Below are positions 17,733 to 26,310 of a DNA stretch of 39,342 bases, piece after piece (positions within the stretch are counted from its first letter, which is position 1; each line of letters starts with the position of its first letter). Below the pieces are notes generated by a model, which saw only the letters and a program-made list of their open reading frames with translations, was not told where the DNA came from and did no database searches. This DNA comes from Escherichia phage HC12, in the sequence record OL362275.1; one strand, written 5' to 3'. Both the position numbers and the translations under genes were made by a program.

Positions 17733-18155
17733 ATGCTACCATATCTCAACTCACGCGAAGGTCGCCACATGTGCGCTTGTCTCCTCTGGGAAGACGGGCA
17801 GTCTAACTTCAAGTCATTCGAGGACTTCAAGGCTCATACTTACCGTATGGCTGACGAGTTCGAGGGTGAAGAGTACACAATCTACGATGTCTCAGGCCAA
17901 CCAGTAGCGTATCTCTACATGCTGGCTACCACATCTTGGCACCGACCGACTCCCGGTCTTGACCTTTCAATAGTCGCTATTCGTCGTGACTCGCAGTCCT
18001 CCCGCAAGGTTCTTGAGACTGTCAGACACATCATAGACGAAGAGTGCAAGCGTTGGGGTCTGGGCTGGTATTCTCGTGTCAAGCATGTTTCCGGGTCGGT
18101 AGACATCGTAACAACCAAGTGCGTTAGCACGAACAAGGAGATTAATCGTGGGTAA
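17733..18155 (+). CDS. Hypothetical protein (gene 7 position)
   Basis: 140-aa ORF between 6.7 and 7.3. No motif recognised. Confidence 0.6.
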   Translation: MLPYLNSREGRHMCACLLWEDGQSNFKSFEDFKAHTYRMADEFEGEEYTIYDVSGQPVAYLYMLATTSWHRPTPGLDLSIVAIRRDSQSSRKVLETVRHIIDEECKRWGLGWYSRVKHVSGSVDIVTTKCVSTNKEINRG

Positions 18156-18396
18156 ATCAATCAGTAAGGCCTTCAGTAAAGTAGTAAAAGGTGCTTTAGG
18201 TACCGTTGGTCTTGGTTCTAACGATGCACCTAAGGTTGTTGAGGCTCAGACCCCAGCAGCACCAGTGGAAGTACCGAACGACAAAGTGGAGGATGTGGAT
18301 ACTGAAACAACCGCATCTAACGAGAAGAAAGTGAAGCGCTCCGGTAAGCGTAGCCTTCAGGTCTCTCGTACATCTGGTGGCGGTATTTCTATTTAA
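18148..18396 (+). CDS. 7.3: gp7.3-like tail/virion protein
   Basis: GTG start with AAGGAG RBS. N-terminus MGKSISKAF and C-terminus SGGGISI parallel T7 gp7.3 (MGKK...SGGGINI). Confidence 0.8.
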   Translation: MGKSISKAFSKVVKGALGTVGLGSNDAPKVVEAQTPAAPVEVPNDKVEDVDTETTASNEKKVKRSGKRSLQVSRTSGGGISI

Positions 18397-18407
18397 GGAG
18401 GTGATGA

Positions 18408-19976
18408 ATGGCTGAACGTGAAGGGTTCGCTGCTGAAGGAGCCAAAGCGGTCTATGACCGACTTAAGAACGGTAGACAGCCATATGAGACACGCGCTCAG
18501 AACTGTGCTGCTGTCACTATCCCGTCACTGTTTCCTAAGGAGTCCGACAACTCGTCTACTGAGTACACAACTCCGTGGCAAGCTGTGGGTGCTCGCTGCT
18601 TGAACAACTTGGCTGCAAAGCTGATGTTGGCATTATTCCCTCAGTCACCGTGGATGCGACTAACAGTCTCAGAATATGAGGCCAAGACCTTGAGTCAGGA
18701 CTCAGAGGCAGCTGCTCGTGTTGACGAAGGGCTGGCTATGGTCGAGCGTGTGTTGATGGCCTACATGGAGACCAACAGTTTCCGTGTGCCATTGTTCGAA
18801 GCTCTGAAGCAGCTTATCGTCTCCGGTAACTGTCTGCTTTACATTCCAGAGCCTGAACAGGGTACTTACAGTCCTATGCGAATGTACCGCTTAGTGTCCT
18901 ACGTTGTTCAACGTGATGCTTTCGGTAATATCTTGCAGATTGTAACTCTCGACAAGGTAGCGTTTAGTGCTCTACCGGAAGACGTTAAGTCACAGCTCAA
19001 CGCAGACGACTATGAGCCTGACACAGAGCTGGAAGTATATACGCACATCTACCGTCAAGACGACGAGTATCTACGTTATGAGGAAGTGGAAGGCATTGAG
19101 GTAGCAGGGACCGATGGTTCATACCCACTGACTGCATGTCCATACATCCCGGTACGAATGGTTCGACTGGATGGTGAAGACTATGGTCGTTCTTACTGCG
19201 AGGAGTATCTGGGTGACCTGAACTCGCTGGAGACGATTACAGAAGCTATCACCAAAATGGCTAAGGTAGCCTCCAAGGTGGTGGGCCTCGTTAACCCGAA
19301 CGGTATCACGCAACCTCGTCGTCTGAACAAGGCGGCTACAGGTGAGTTCGTTGCCGGTCGCGTTGAGGACATCAACTTCCTGCAACTGACTAAGGGTCAG
19401 GACTTTACGATTGCCAAGTCGGTGGCTGATGCTATCGAGCAACGTTTAGGCTGGGCCTTCCTTCTTAATAGTGCTGTTCAGCGCAACGCCGAGCGAGTCA
19501 CTGCTGAAGAGATTCGTTATGTTGCTGGCGAACTGGAGGCGACCTTAGGTGGCGTGTACTCAGTACAATCCCAAGAGCTTCAGTTACCTATCGTCCGTGT
19601 GCTGATGAACCAACTTCAGTCTGCTGGCATGATTCCTGACCTTCCGAAAGAAGCGGTAGAGCCTACTGTCTCAACTGGTCTGGAAGCTCTGGGCCGTGGT
19701 CAGGACTTGGAGAAGCTGACTCAGGCGGTTAACATGATGACTGGTCTTCAGCCGCTATCTCAGGACCCGGACATCAATTTGCCGACCCTTAAGCTGCGAC
19801 TCCTGAACGCTCTGGGTATCGACACCGCTGGCCTACTCCTGACGCAAGACGAGAAGATTCAGCGCATGGCTGAGCAGTCGTCACAACAGGCAGTTGTCCA
19901 AGGTGCTAGTGCTGCTGGTGCTAACATGGGTGCTGCTGTAGGTCAGGGAGCTGGTGAGGACATGGCTCAGGCTTAA
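18408..19976 (+). CDS. 8: Head-to-tail connector (portal) protein
   Basis: 522 aa, colinear with T7 gp8: YETRAQNCA, TPWQAVGAR, YRLVSYVVQRDAFGN, RMVRLDGEDYGRSY, VTAEEIRYVAGELE. Confidence 0.97.
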   Translation: MAEREGFAAEGAKAVYDRLKNGRQPYETRAQNCAAVTIPSLFPKESDNSSTEYTTPWQAVGARCLNNLAAKLMLALFPQSPWMRLTVSEYEAKTLSQDSEAAARVDEGLAMVERVLMAYMETNSFRVPLFEALKQLIVSGNCLLYIPEPEQGTYSPMRMYRLVSYVVQRDAFGNILQIVTLDKVAFSALPEDVKSQLNADDYEPDTELEVYTHIYRQDDEYLRYEEVEGIEVAGTDGSYPLTACPYIPVRMVRLDGEDYGRSYCEEYLGDLNSLETITEAITKMAKVASKVVGLVNPNGITQPRRLNKAATGEFVAGRVEDINFLQLTKGQDFTIAKSVADAIEQRLGWAFLLNSAVQRNAERVTAEEIRYVAGELEATLGGVYSVQSQELQLPIVRVLMNQLQSAGMIPDLPKEAVEPTVSTGLEALGRGQDLEKLTQAVNMMTGLQPLSQDPDINLPTLKLRLLNALGIDTAGLLLTQDEKIQRMAEQSSQQAVVQGASAAGANMGAAVGQGAGEDMAQA

Positions 19977-19993
19977 CTATCACTATAGGAACA
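19971..19993 (+). promoter_or_regulatory. Phage RNA polymerase promoter (phi9-like)
   Basis: GCTTAACTATCACTATAGGAACA, overlapping the portal stop. Confidence 0.7.
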
Positions 19994-19995
19994 AC

Positions 19996-20089
19996 TAGAG
20001 CCACTCAAAGTGGGACTTACTGTAGCGCAAACAATGACAGTTGGCATTGATCCTAAGTCATCCTACAGGTCCTACTTTGAGTGGCTCTA
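19996..20089 (+). promoter_or_regulatory. Long inverted repeat forming a roughly 22-bp stem in the gene 9 leader
   Basis: AGAGCCACTCAAAGT at 19997-20011 is the exact reverse complement of ACTTTGAGTGGCTCT at 20074-20088; pairing extends with G-U pairs to about 22 bp around a loop of about 48 nt. Confidence 0.6.
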
Positions 20090-20119
20090 CCTATTAACGA
20101 CTTAAAGGAGAATGACTTA

Positions 20120-21004
20120 ATGTCTCAATCAGTTTATGCCGAGTTCGGCGTTAGCTCTAATGCAATCACTGGTTCCGTTGAGGACCTGAACGAACACCAG
20201 AAGTCTATGCTTGAACAGGACGTAGCTGTTCGTGATGGCGATGACGCTATTACCTTCAAGCAACTGGAAGCCGAAAACGAAGAGGCGACAGAAGAAGACG
20301 AGAACGTCGAAGAGACTGAGGGTGATGAAGACAACGAGTCCGATGACGAAGAGTCTGAGACCGATGGTGAACAACCTGAGTTCGTCGAACTTGGTGATGC
20401 ACCTAAAGAGCTGACCGAAAGTGTCACAGCTCTGGATGAAAACGAAGCTGCATTTGACGACATGGTGTCTTCTGCTGTAGAAGCTGGCAAGGTCACTGCT
20501 GATGAAATTACCGCTATCAAGGCTGAATACGCCAAGGACGGTAAGCTGTCTGACGCATCCTACGCTAAGTTGCAGGAAGCAGGTTACACCAAGCGCTTCG
20601 TAGATTCGTTTGTCCGTGGTCAGGAAGCTCTGGCTGAACAGTATGCCGCTGGTGTGGTTCGCTACGCTGGTGGTGCTGAACAGTTTAATCGCATCCTGTC
20701 ACACCTTGAGTCCAACGACCCGTCAACTCGTGAAGCACTGGAAGCTGCTATCGTTCGTAAGGACATTGCTACTACCAAAGCTCTGCTGAATCTGGCTGGC
20801 AAGACTCTGGGTAAAGCTGTGGGTGTTAAACCTCAGCGTACCATCACCACTCAGGCTAAACCTGTGGTCGCACCTAAGGCTCCTCAGACCGAAGCATTCA
20901 GCTCCAAGGCTGACATGATTAAGGCTATGAGTGACCCGCGATACCTGCGTGACGCTAAATACACGATGGAAGTTCGCGCTAAGGTAGCTGCCTCAAGCCT
21001 GTAG
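20120..21004 (+). CDS. 9: Capsid assembly (scaffolding) protein
   Basis: Acidic protein. N-terminus MSQSVYAEFGVSS...SMLEQDVAVRDGDDAI aligns with T7 gp9. AAGGAG RBS; the track start at 20081 is GTG inside the hairpin. Confidence 0.93.
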   Translation: MSQSVYAEFGVSSNAITGSVEDLNEHQKSMLEQDVAVRDGDDAITFKQLEAENEEATEEDENVEETEGDEDNESDDEESETDGEQPEFVELGDAPKELTESVTALDENEAAFDDMVSSAVEAGKVTADEITAIKAEYAKDGKLSDASYAKLQEAGYTKRFVDSFVRGQEALAEQYAAGVVRYAGGAEQFNRILSHLESNDPSTREALEAAIVRKDIATTKALLNLAGKTLGKAVGVKPQRTITTQAKPVVAPKAPQTEAFSSKADMIKAMSDPRYLRDAKYTMEVRAKVAASSL

Positions 21005-21005
21005 G

Positions 21006-21028
21006 ACTAAACTATCACTATAGGGAGA
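21006..21028 (+). promoter_or_regulatory. Phage RNA polymerase promoter (phi10-like), full consensus ending GGGAGA
   Basis: ACTAAACTATCACTATAGGGAGA, best copy of the family, upstream of the major capsid gene. Confidence 0.8.
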
Positions 21029-21130
21029 CCAAGAGAAAGACTCAAGGTTTCCCTATTACTTCAGTCCATACGGATTGGGCGTACAGCAAGTAATAAACTT
21101 TATCTTTCAATTGAATAGGAGAATTATCAT

Positions 21131-22180
21131 ATGGCAAACGTTCCGGGTCAGAAAGTTGGTACAGACCAAGGTAAAGGCAAATCTGGTTCCGACGCTCTGG
21201 CGTTGTTCCTGAAGGTCTTTGCTGGCGAAGTCCTGACAGCATTCACTCGCCGCTCTGTAACTGCTGACAAGCATATTGTCCGTACCATTCAGAACGGTAA
21301 GTCTGCTCAGTTCCCGGTCATGGGTCGCACCTCTGGTGTGTATCTGGCTCCGGGTGAGCGACTGTCCGATAAGCGTAAAGGTATCAAACATACCGAGAAA
21401 GTGATTACCATTGATGGTCTGCTGACTGCCGATGTGATGATTTTCGACATTGAAGACGCGATGAACCACTATGACGTGGCTGGCGAGTACTCCAACCAGT
21501 TGGGCGAAGCTCTGGCTATCGCTGCCGATGGTGCGGTACTGGCTGAGATGGCTATTCTGTGTAACCTACCGGCTGCATCTGATGAAAACATCGCTGGTCT
21601 TGGCAAAGCGTCTGTGCTGGAAGTTGGTACTAAAGCAGACCTGAACACTCCGGCTAAGCTGGGTGAAGCAATCATCGGTCAACTGACCATTGCTCGTGCG
21701 AAGCTGACATCCAACTACGTTCCTGCTGGCGACCGTTACTTCTACACCACGCCGGACAACTACTCTGCAATCCTCGCGGCTCTGATGCCGAACGCTGCTA
21801 ACTATGCTGCGCTGATTGACCCAGAGACTGGTAACATCCGTAACGTAATGGGCTTCGTGGTTGTTGAAGTCCCACACTTGACTCAGGGTGGTGCTGGGGA
21901 AACTCGTGGTGCCGATGGTATCACTATTGCGACTGGTCAGAAGCACGCCTTCCCAGCTACTGCTACTGGTGATGTTAAAGTTGCTCTGGACAACGTTGTG
22001 GGCCTGTTCTCTCACCGTTCTGCTGTAGGTACTGTTAAGCTGCGTGACTTGGCGCTGGAACGTGACCGTGACGTCGATGCTCAGGGCGACCTGATTGTTG
22101 GTAAGTACGCTATGGGTCACGGTGGTCTGCGTCCAGAAGCAGCAGGCGCACTGGTTTTCAGCCCAGCAGCAGCGGGTTAA
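21131..22180 (+). CDS. 10A: Major capsid protein
   Basis: 349 aa, colinear with T7 gp10A: LALFLKVFAGEVLTAF, HTEKVITIDGLLTADV, MPNAANYAALIDPE, KLRDLALER, AMGHGGLRPEAAG. Confidence 0.97.
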   Translation: MANVPGQKVGTDQGKGKSGSDALALFLKVFAGEVLTAFTRRSVTADKHIVRTIQNGKSAQFPVMGRTSGVYLAPGERLSDKRKGIKHTEKVITIDGLLTADVMIFDIEDAMNHYDVAGEYSNQLGEALAIAADGAVLAEMAILCNLPAASDENIAGLGKASVLEVGTKADLNTPAKLGEAIIGQLTIARAKLTSNYVPAGDRYFYTTPDNYSAILAALMPNAANYAALIDPETGNIRNVMGFVVVEVPHLTQGGAGETRGADGITIATGQKHAFPATATGDVKVALDNVVGLFSHRSAVGTVKLRDLALERDRDVDAQGDLIVGKYAMGHGGLRPEAAGALVFSPAAAG

Positions 22181-22443
22181 TGACCTTCAGGACTCTCTCT
22201 ACTGAGGGTCCTACCTTTGAAACCTTGGAGTCCTCAGTTGGTGTCAGTCTTAAGGTTGACTTCCCTGAGCTGGCAGATGTGACCGACTGGTCTCTGCTGG
22301 ATGTAACCATGCCGGATGGTGTGAGCTACTCTCGTAGAACTTCAAGTCTCTACTTCAAGGCCACCGATGCTGTGACAGGTCTTGTAACTGTTGGATATGA
22401 CGGGTCTACCGTTGGGTCATTCAACGTTTCGTTCACAAACTAA
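21131..22443 (+). CDS. 10B: Minor capsid protein 10B, predicted product of a -1 programmed frameshift near the end of 10A
   Basis: The -1 frame is open from 22105 to 22443 and overlaps the 10A terminus. G GTT TTC at 22153-22159 is the same heptamer as at the T7 10A/10B frameshift site. Confidence 0.5.
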
Positions 22444-22446
22444 TTG

Positions 22447-22487
22447 AAACCCCTTGGGTGCCTTCGGGTGCTTGAGGGGTTTTTTGC
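22447..22487 (+). terminator. Tphi-like intrinsic terminator
   Basis: AACCCCTTGGGTGCC-TTCG-GGTGCTTGAGGGGTT followed by TTTTTTG; close to the T7 Tphi terminator sequence. Confidence 0.85.
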
Positions 22488-22504
22488 TTAAAGTGAGGAT
22501 GATT

Positions 22505-22594
22505 ATGTTTTACTTACTTACAGCCTTGGGACTATTTGTTAGTTTCTGGGCGATTATATTATTAACCGGACCATGCAGTCCTTACGACAGATAG
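22505..22594 (+). CDS. Hypothetical small hydrophobic peptide (29 aa) downstream of Tphi
   Basis: GTGAGGA RBS 6 nt before ATG. Hand translation MFYLLTALGLFVSFWAIILLTGPCSPYDR. Under 60 aa, so absent from the track. Confidence 0.4.
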   Translation: MFYLLTALGLFVSFWAIILLTGPCSPYDR

Positions 22595-22602
22595 GAGGGA
22601 GT

Positions 22603-23169
22603 ATGGCTCAATACATTCCACTGAATGCTAACGATGACTTAGACGCTATCAACGATATGTTGGCTGCTATCGGTGAACCAGCAGTCCTACAACTTGACGA
22701 GGGGAACGCTGACGTCTCGAACGCTCAACGCATCCTGCATCGTGTCAATCGTCAGGTCCAAGCTAAAGGCTGGAACTTTAACATCAACGAAGCTGCTGTC
22801 CTGACACCTGATGTCCAAGACAATAGGATTCGATTCTTGCCGTCATACCTTCGCGTAATGACCGCTGGGGCCACCAGCTACTACAGTAACATGGGCGGAT
22901 ACCTGTACGACCTATCCACTCAGTCAACCACTTTCACCGACCCTATCACGGTAGAGCTTGTGGAGATGAAGCCATTCTCCGAGATGCCTGTGGTCTTCAG
23001 GGACTACATCGTTACCAAGGCTAGCCGTGAGTTCAACGCTAAGTTCTTCGGTAGCCCAGAGTCTGAACTGTACCTTCGTGAGCAGGAAGCAGAACTCTAC
23101 CAGCAGGTCATGGAATACGAGATGGATACTGGTCGCTACAACATGATGTCTGACATCGGGAGGGACTAA
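22603..23169 (+). CDS. 11: Tail tubular protein A
   Basis: Colinear with T7 gp11: DDLDAINDMLAAIGEP, RGWNFNI, YIVTKASREFNAKFFGSPE, MEYEMD. Start at ATG 22603 with GGAGGG RBS. Confidence 0.95.
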   Translation: MAQYIPLNANDDLDAINDMLAAIGEPAVLQLDEGNADVSNAQRILHRVNRQVQAKGWNFNINEAAVLTPDVQDNRIRFLPSYLRVMTAGATSYYSNMGGYLYDLSTQSTTFTDPITVELVEMKPFSEMPVVFRDYIVTKASREFNAKFFGSPESELYLREQEAELYQQVMEYEMDTGRYNMMSDIGRD

Positions 23170-23396
23170 TGGCTAGTCACAACCTGAAGATTCACCGCCA
23201 GCACTTTGGTCCGGTACAACTAGGTCTAAAGACAGCAGAGCTGAGACTTAACGACCGGGACTTTAAGGTTGGCGACTGGCTTATCCTGAATGAGTGGGAC
23301 AACGGGTATACTGGACAACAGGTAGCACGTAAGGTTGTCCACATTGCTGACGTTGGTGACATCGCTGAGGGATACGTCCTAATGAGTATGATTTAA
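23169..23396 (+). CDS. Small PUA/ASCH-like protein inserted between genes 11 and 12
   Basis: 75 aa MASHNLKIHRQHFGPVQLGLKTAELRLNDRDFKVGDWLILNEW...; the K.H...F......K..E.R.NDRDF.VGD.L.L.E pattern matches, from memory, small phage PUA-like domain proteins. TAATG coupling to gene 11. Confidence 0.65.
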   Translation: MASHNLKIHRQHFGPVQLGLKTAELRLNDRDFKVGDWLILNEWDNGYTGQQVARKVVHIADVGDIAEGYVLMSMI

Positions 23397-23405
23397 GGAG
23401 GGCAT

Positions 23406-25763
23406 ATGCCGCTTATTACGCAAAGCATAAAAAATCTTAAGGGTGGCATTAGCCAACAGCCTGACATCCTGAGGTTCTCAGACCAAGGCGAGGCCCAAGT
23501 TAACTGCTGGTCATCCGAGAGTGATGGCCTCCAGAAGCGTCCACCTACAGTCTTCAAGAGACGTATTAACATCGACGTTGGGAGCAACCCTAAGTTCCAC
23601 CTGATTAACCGTGACGAGCATGAGCAGTATTACATCGTGTTCAACGGGTCAAACATTCAGGTAGTTGACTTGAGTGGTAATCAATACTCAGTTTCCGGTG
23701 CGGTAGATTACGTTAAGTCGTCCAACCCGCGAGATGACATCCGTGTCGTTACTGTTGCAGACTATACGTTCATCGTGAACCGTAAGGTTGTCGTTAAAGG
23801 TGGAAGCGAGAAGTCACACTCTGGTTATAACCGCAAAGCACGAGCTTTAATTAACCTGCGTGGCGGACAGTATGGTCGAACCCTTAAGGTGGGAATCAAC
23901 GGTGGCGTTAAGGTCTCGCATAAGCTACCAGCAGGTAATGATGCCGAGAATGACCCACCTAAGGTGGACGCTCAAGCCATCGGTTCAGCTCTGAGAGACC
24001 TTCTTGTTGCTGCTTACCCTACCTTCACGTTCGACCTTGGGTCTGGATTCCTGTTAATCACTGCCCCTTCAGGGACTGACATTAACTCAGTGGAGACGGA
24101 GGATGGCTATGCTAACCAGCTAATCAGCCCAGTACTCGACACGGTGCAAACAATCTCTAAGTTGCCTCTTGCAGCTCCAAATGGGTACATCATTAAGATT
24201 CAAGGTGAGACCAACAGTAGCGCCGATGAATATTACGTGATGTATGACTCCAACACTAAGACGTGGAAGGAGACAGTAGAGCCGGGAGTGGTCACTGGGT
24301 TCGATAACACCACAATGCCTCATGCTCTGGTGAGACAATCTGACGGCTCCTTTGAGTTCAAGACTCTGGACTGGTCTAATCGTGGTGCTGGTAATGATGA
24401 CACAAACCCTATGCCTAGCTTCGTGGATGCTACGATTAACGATGTGTTCTTCTACAGGAATAGGCTGGGGTTCTTGTCAGGCGAGAACGTAATCATGAGC
24501 CGTTCAGCCAGCTACTTTGCGTTCTTCCCTAAGAGTGTGGCTACACTGAGTGATGATGATCCTATTGACGTAGCTGTAAGTCATCCTAGAATCTCAATCC
24601 TTAAGTATGCCGTTCCGTTTAGCGAGCAGCTACTACTTTGGTCGGATGAGGTGCAGTTCGTGATGACAAGCTCTGGGGTCCTTACCTCGAAGTCTATCCA
24701 GCTTGATGTAGGCTCAGAGTTTGCCCTAGGTGACAATGCCAGACCGTTCGCTGTAGGACGCTCAGTCTTCTTCTCAGCACCTCGTGGGTCATTCACCAGC
24801 ATTAAGAGATACTTCGCTGTAGCAGATGTGTCTGACGTGAAGGATGCCGATGATACCACTGGACACGTACTGTCCTATATCCCTAACGGGGTGTTTGACA
24901 TTCAAGGTACAGGGACTGAGAACTACATCTGCGTCAACTCTACAGGTGCATACAACCGAATCTACATCTACAAGTTCTTGTTTAAGGACGGCGTACAGCT
25001 TCAAGCCTCTTGGTCACACTGGGAGTTCCCTAAAGATGATAAGATTCTGGCGTCTGCTTCTATTGGCTCTACCATGTTCATCGTTCGTCAGCACCAAGGC
25101 GGAGTGGACCTTGAGCACCTTAAGTTCATCAAAGAGGCGACTGACTTTCCGTCAGAGCCGTATAGACTCCACGTTGACTCCAAGGTGTCTATGGTCATCC
25201 CAATTGGCTCGTTTAATGCTGACACATATAAGACTACGGTTGACATTGGTGCTGCTTATGGTGGTAATGCCCCGTCTCCCGGTCGGTACTATCTGATTGA
25301 CAGTCAGGGTGCTTATTTGGACCTTGGGGACTTGACCAGTATCTCTACTGTGATTACCCTCAACGGCGATTGGTCAGGACGTACAGTGTTCATCGGGCGG
25401 TCCTATCTGATGTCCTACAAGTTCTCACGGTTCCTGATTAAGATTGAAGATGATAGTGGCACCCAGTCTGAAGACACTGGTCGTCTACAGCTTCGTCGGG
25501 CTTGGGTCAACTACAAGGACACTGGAGCTCTGAGACTCATTGTCAGAAACGGTGAGCGAGAGTTCGTTAACACCTTTAATGGGTACACCCTTGGTCAGCA
25601 GACCATAGGGACTACTAACATTGGTGACGGGCAGTATCGCTTCGCTATGAATGGTAACGCATTGACCACGAGTCTAACCTTAGAGTCCGACTATCCTACC
25701 CCGGTGTCCATCGTTGGGTGTGGCTGGGAGGCGTCATACGCTAAGAAAGCTCGTTCCGTCTAA
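23406..25763 (+). CDS. 12: Tail tubular protein B
   Basis: 785 aa, colinear with T7 gp12: SQSIKNLKGGISQQPDILR, INRDEHEQYY, FFYRNRLGFLSGENVI, DDDPIDVAVS, GRLQLRRAWVNY, GCGWE. Confidence 0.97.
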   Translation: MPLITQSIKNLKGGISQQPDILRFSDQGEAQVNCWSSESDGLQKRPPTVFKRRINIDVGSNPKFHLINRDEHEQYYIVFNGSNIQVVDLSGNQYSVSGAVDYVKSSNPRDDIRVVTVADYTFIVNRKVVVKGGSEKSHSGYNRKARALINLRGGQYGRTLKVGINGGVKVSHKLPAGNDAENDPPKVDAQAIGSALRDLLVAAYPTFTFDLGSGFLLITAPSGTDINSVETEDGYANQLISPVLDTVQTISKLPLAAPNGYIIKIQGETNSSADEYYVMYDSNTKTWKETVEPGVVTGFDNTTMPHALVRQSDGSFEFKTLDWSNRGAGNDDTNPMPSFVDATINDVFFYRNRLGFLSGENVIMSRSASYFAFFPKSVATLSDDDPIDVAVSHPRISILKYAVPFSEQLLLWSDEVQFVMTSSGVLTSKSIQLDVGSEFALGDNARPFAVGRSVFFSAPRGSFTSIKRYFAVADVSDVKDADDTTGHVLSYIPNGVFDIQGTGTENYICVNSTGAYNRIYIYKFLFKDGVQLQASWSHWEFPKDDKILASASIGSTMFIVRQHQGGVDLEHLKFIKEATDFPSEPYRLHVDSKVSMVIPIGSFNADTYKTTVDIGAAYGGNAPSPGRYYLIDSQGAYLDLGDLTSISTVITLNGDWSGRTVFIGRSYLMSYKFSRFLIKIEDDSGTQSEDTGRLQLRRAWVNYKDTGALRLIVRNGEREFVNTFNGYTLGQQTIGTTNIGDGQYRFAMNGNALTTSLTLESDYPTPVSIVGCGWEASYAKKARSV

Positions 25764-25787
25764 CTTATTGAAGGGCCTATAGATTTA

Positions 25788-25810
25788 CCTTAACTATCAC
25801 TATAGGGACT
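25788..25810 (+). promoter_or_regulatory. Phage RNA polymerase promoter (phi13-like) flanked by a 12-bp inverted repeat
   Basis: CCTTAACTATCACTATAGGGACT. AAGGGCCTATAG at 25771-25782 is the exact reverse complement of CTATAGGCCCTT at 25809-25820. Confidence 0.7.
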
Positions 25811-25839
25811 ATAGGCCCTTAAGGTTATAAGGAGACTTT

Positions 25840-26310
25840 ATGTATATTCGCAAGGCTACGGAACAGGATGTCCGCTACTTTCTGTGGCATCTTTCAGCAG
25901 ATGATGTTAATGAGTGCAAAGCAAACTATGGGTCAACCGTTGGTCTCTCTGAAAGACTGCTTAAGCATCTATCTCCGTCATCTGTGGTTTTAACGAATGG
26001 TGTAGGCGAAGTGTTTGCCTATGGTGGAAACCAAGGGGATAACGTATGGTTCTTGACTTCCGGTATTGTCCATAAGCTGAGACCTAAAGAGAAGCGGGAG
26101 TTTATAAAGCGTATCTCTGAGTACAGGGACTTAATGTTAGACCAATACGGGACCATCTGGAACTACGTGTGGTCAGGCAATAAGTCTCACATTAAATTCT
26201 TGAAGTTGCTTGGGGCTAAATTCCATGATGATTGGACTATAAGCCCAGTAACTGGTGATCGTTTTCAACTATTCACTATCTCTAAGGAGGACGTATGTGC
26301 GAGCCAGTAA
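25840..26310 (+). CDS. 13: Gene 13-position protein (internal virion/assembly protein by synteny)
   Basis: 156-aa ORF with AAGGAG RBS directly after the promoter and before gp14. Assignment by position only. Confidence 0.6.
   Translation: MYIRKATEQDVRYFLWHLSADDVNECKANYGSTVGLSERLLKHLSPSSVVLTNGVGEVFAYGGNQGDNVWFLTSGIVHKLRPKEKREFIKRISEYRDLMLDQYGTIWNYVWSGNKSHIKFLKLLGAKFHDDWTISPVTGDRFQLFTISKEDVCASQ

Noticed and set aside
20134-20535. 133-aa minus-strand Ser-rich ORF antisense to the scaffold gene
   Set aside because: Reverse-frame artefact of the acidic, repetitive scaffold coding sequence.
21566-22120. 184-aa minus-strand ORF antisense to the major capsid gene
   Set aside because: Antisense to the most conserved structural gene. 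No expression signals.
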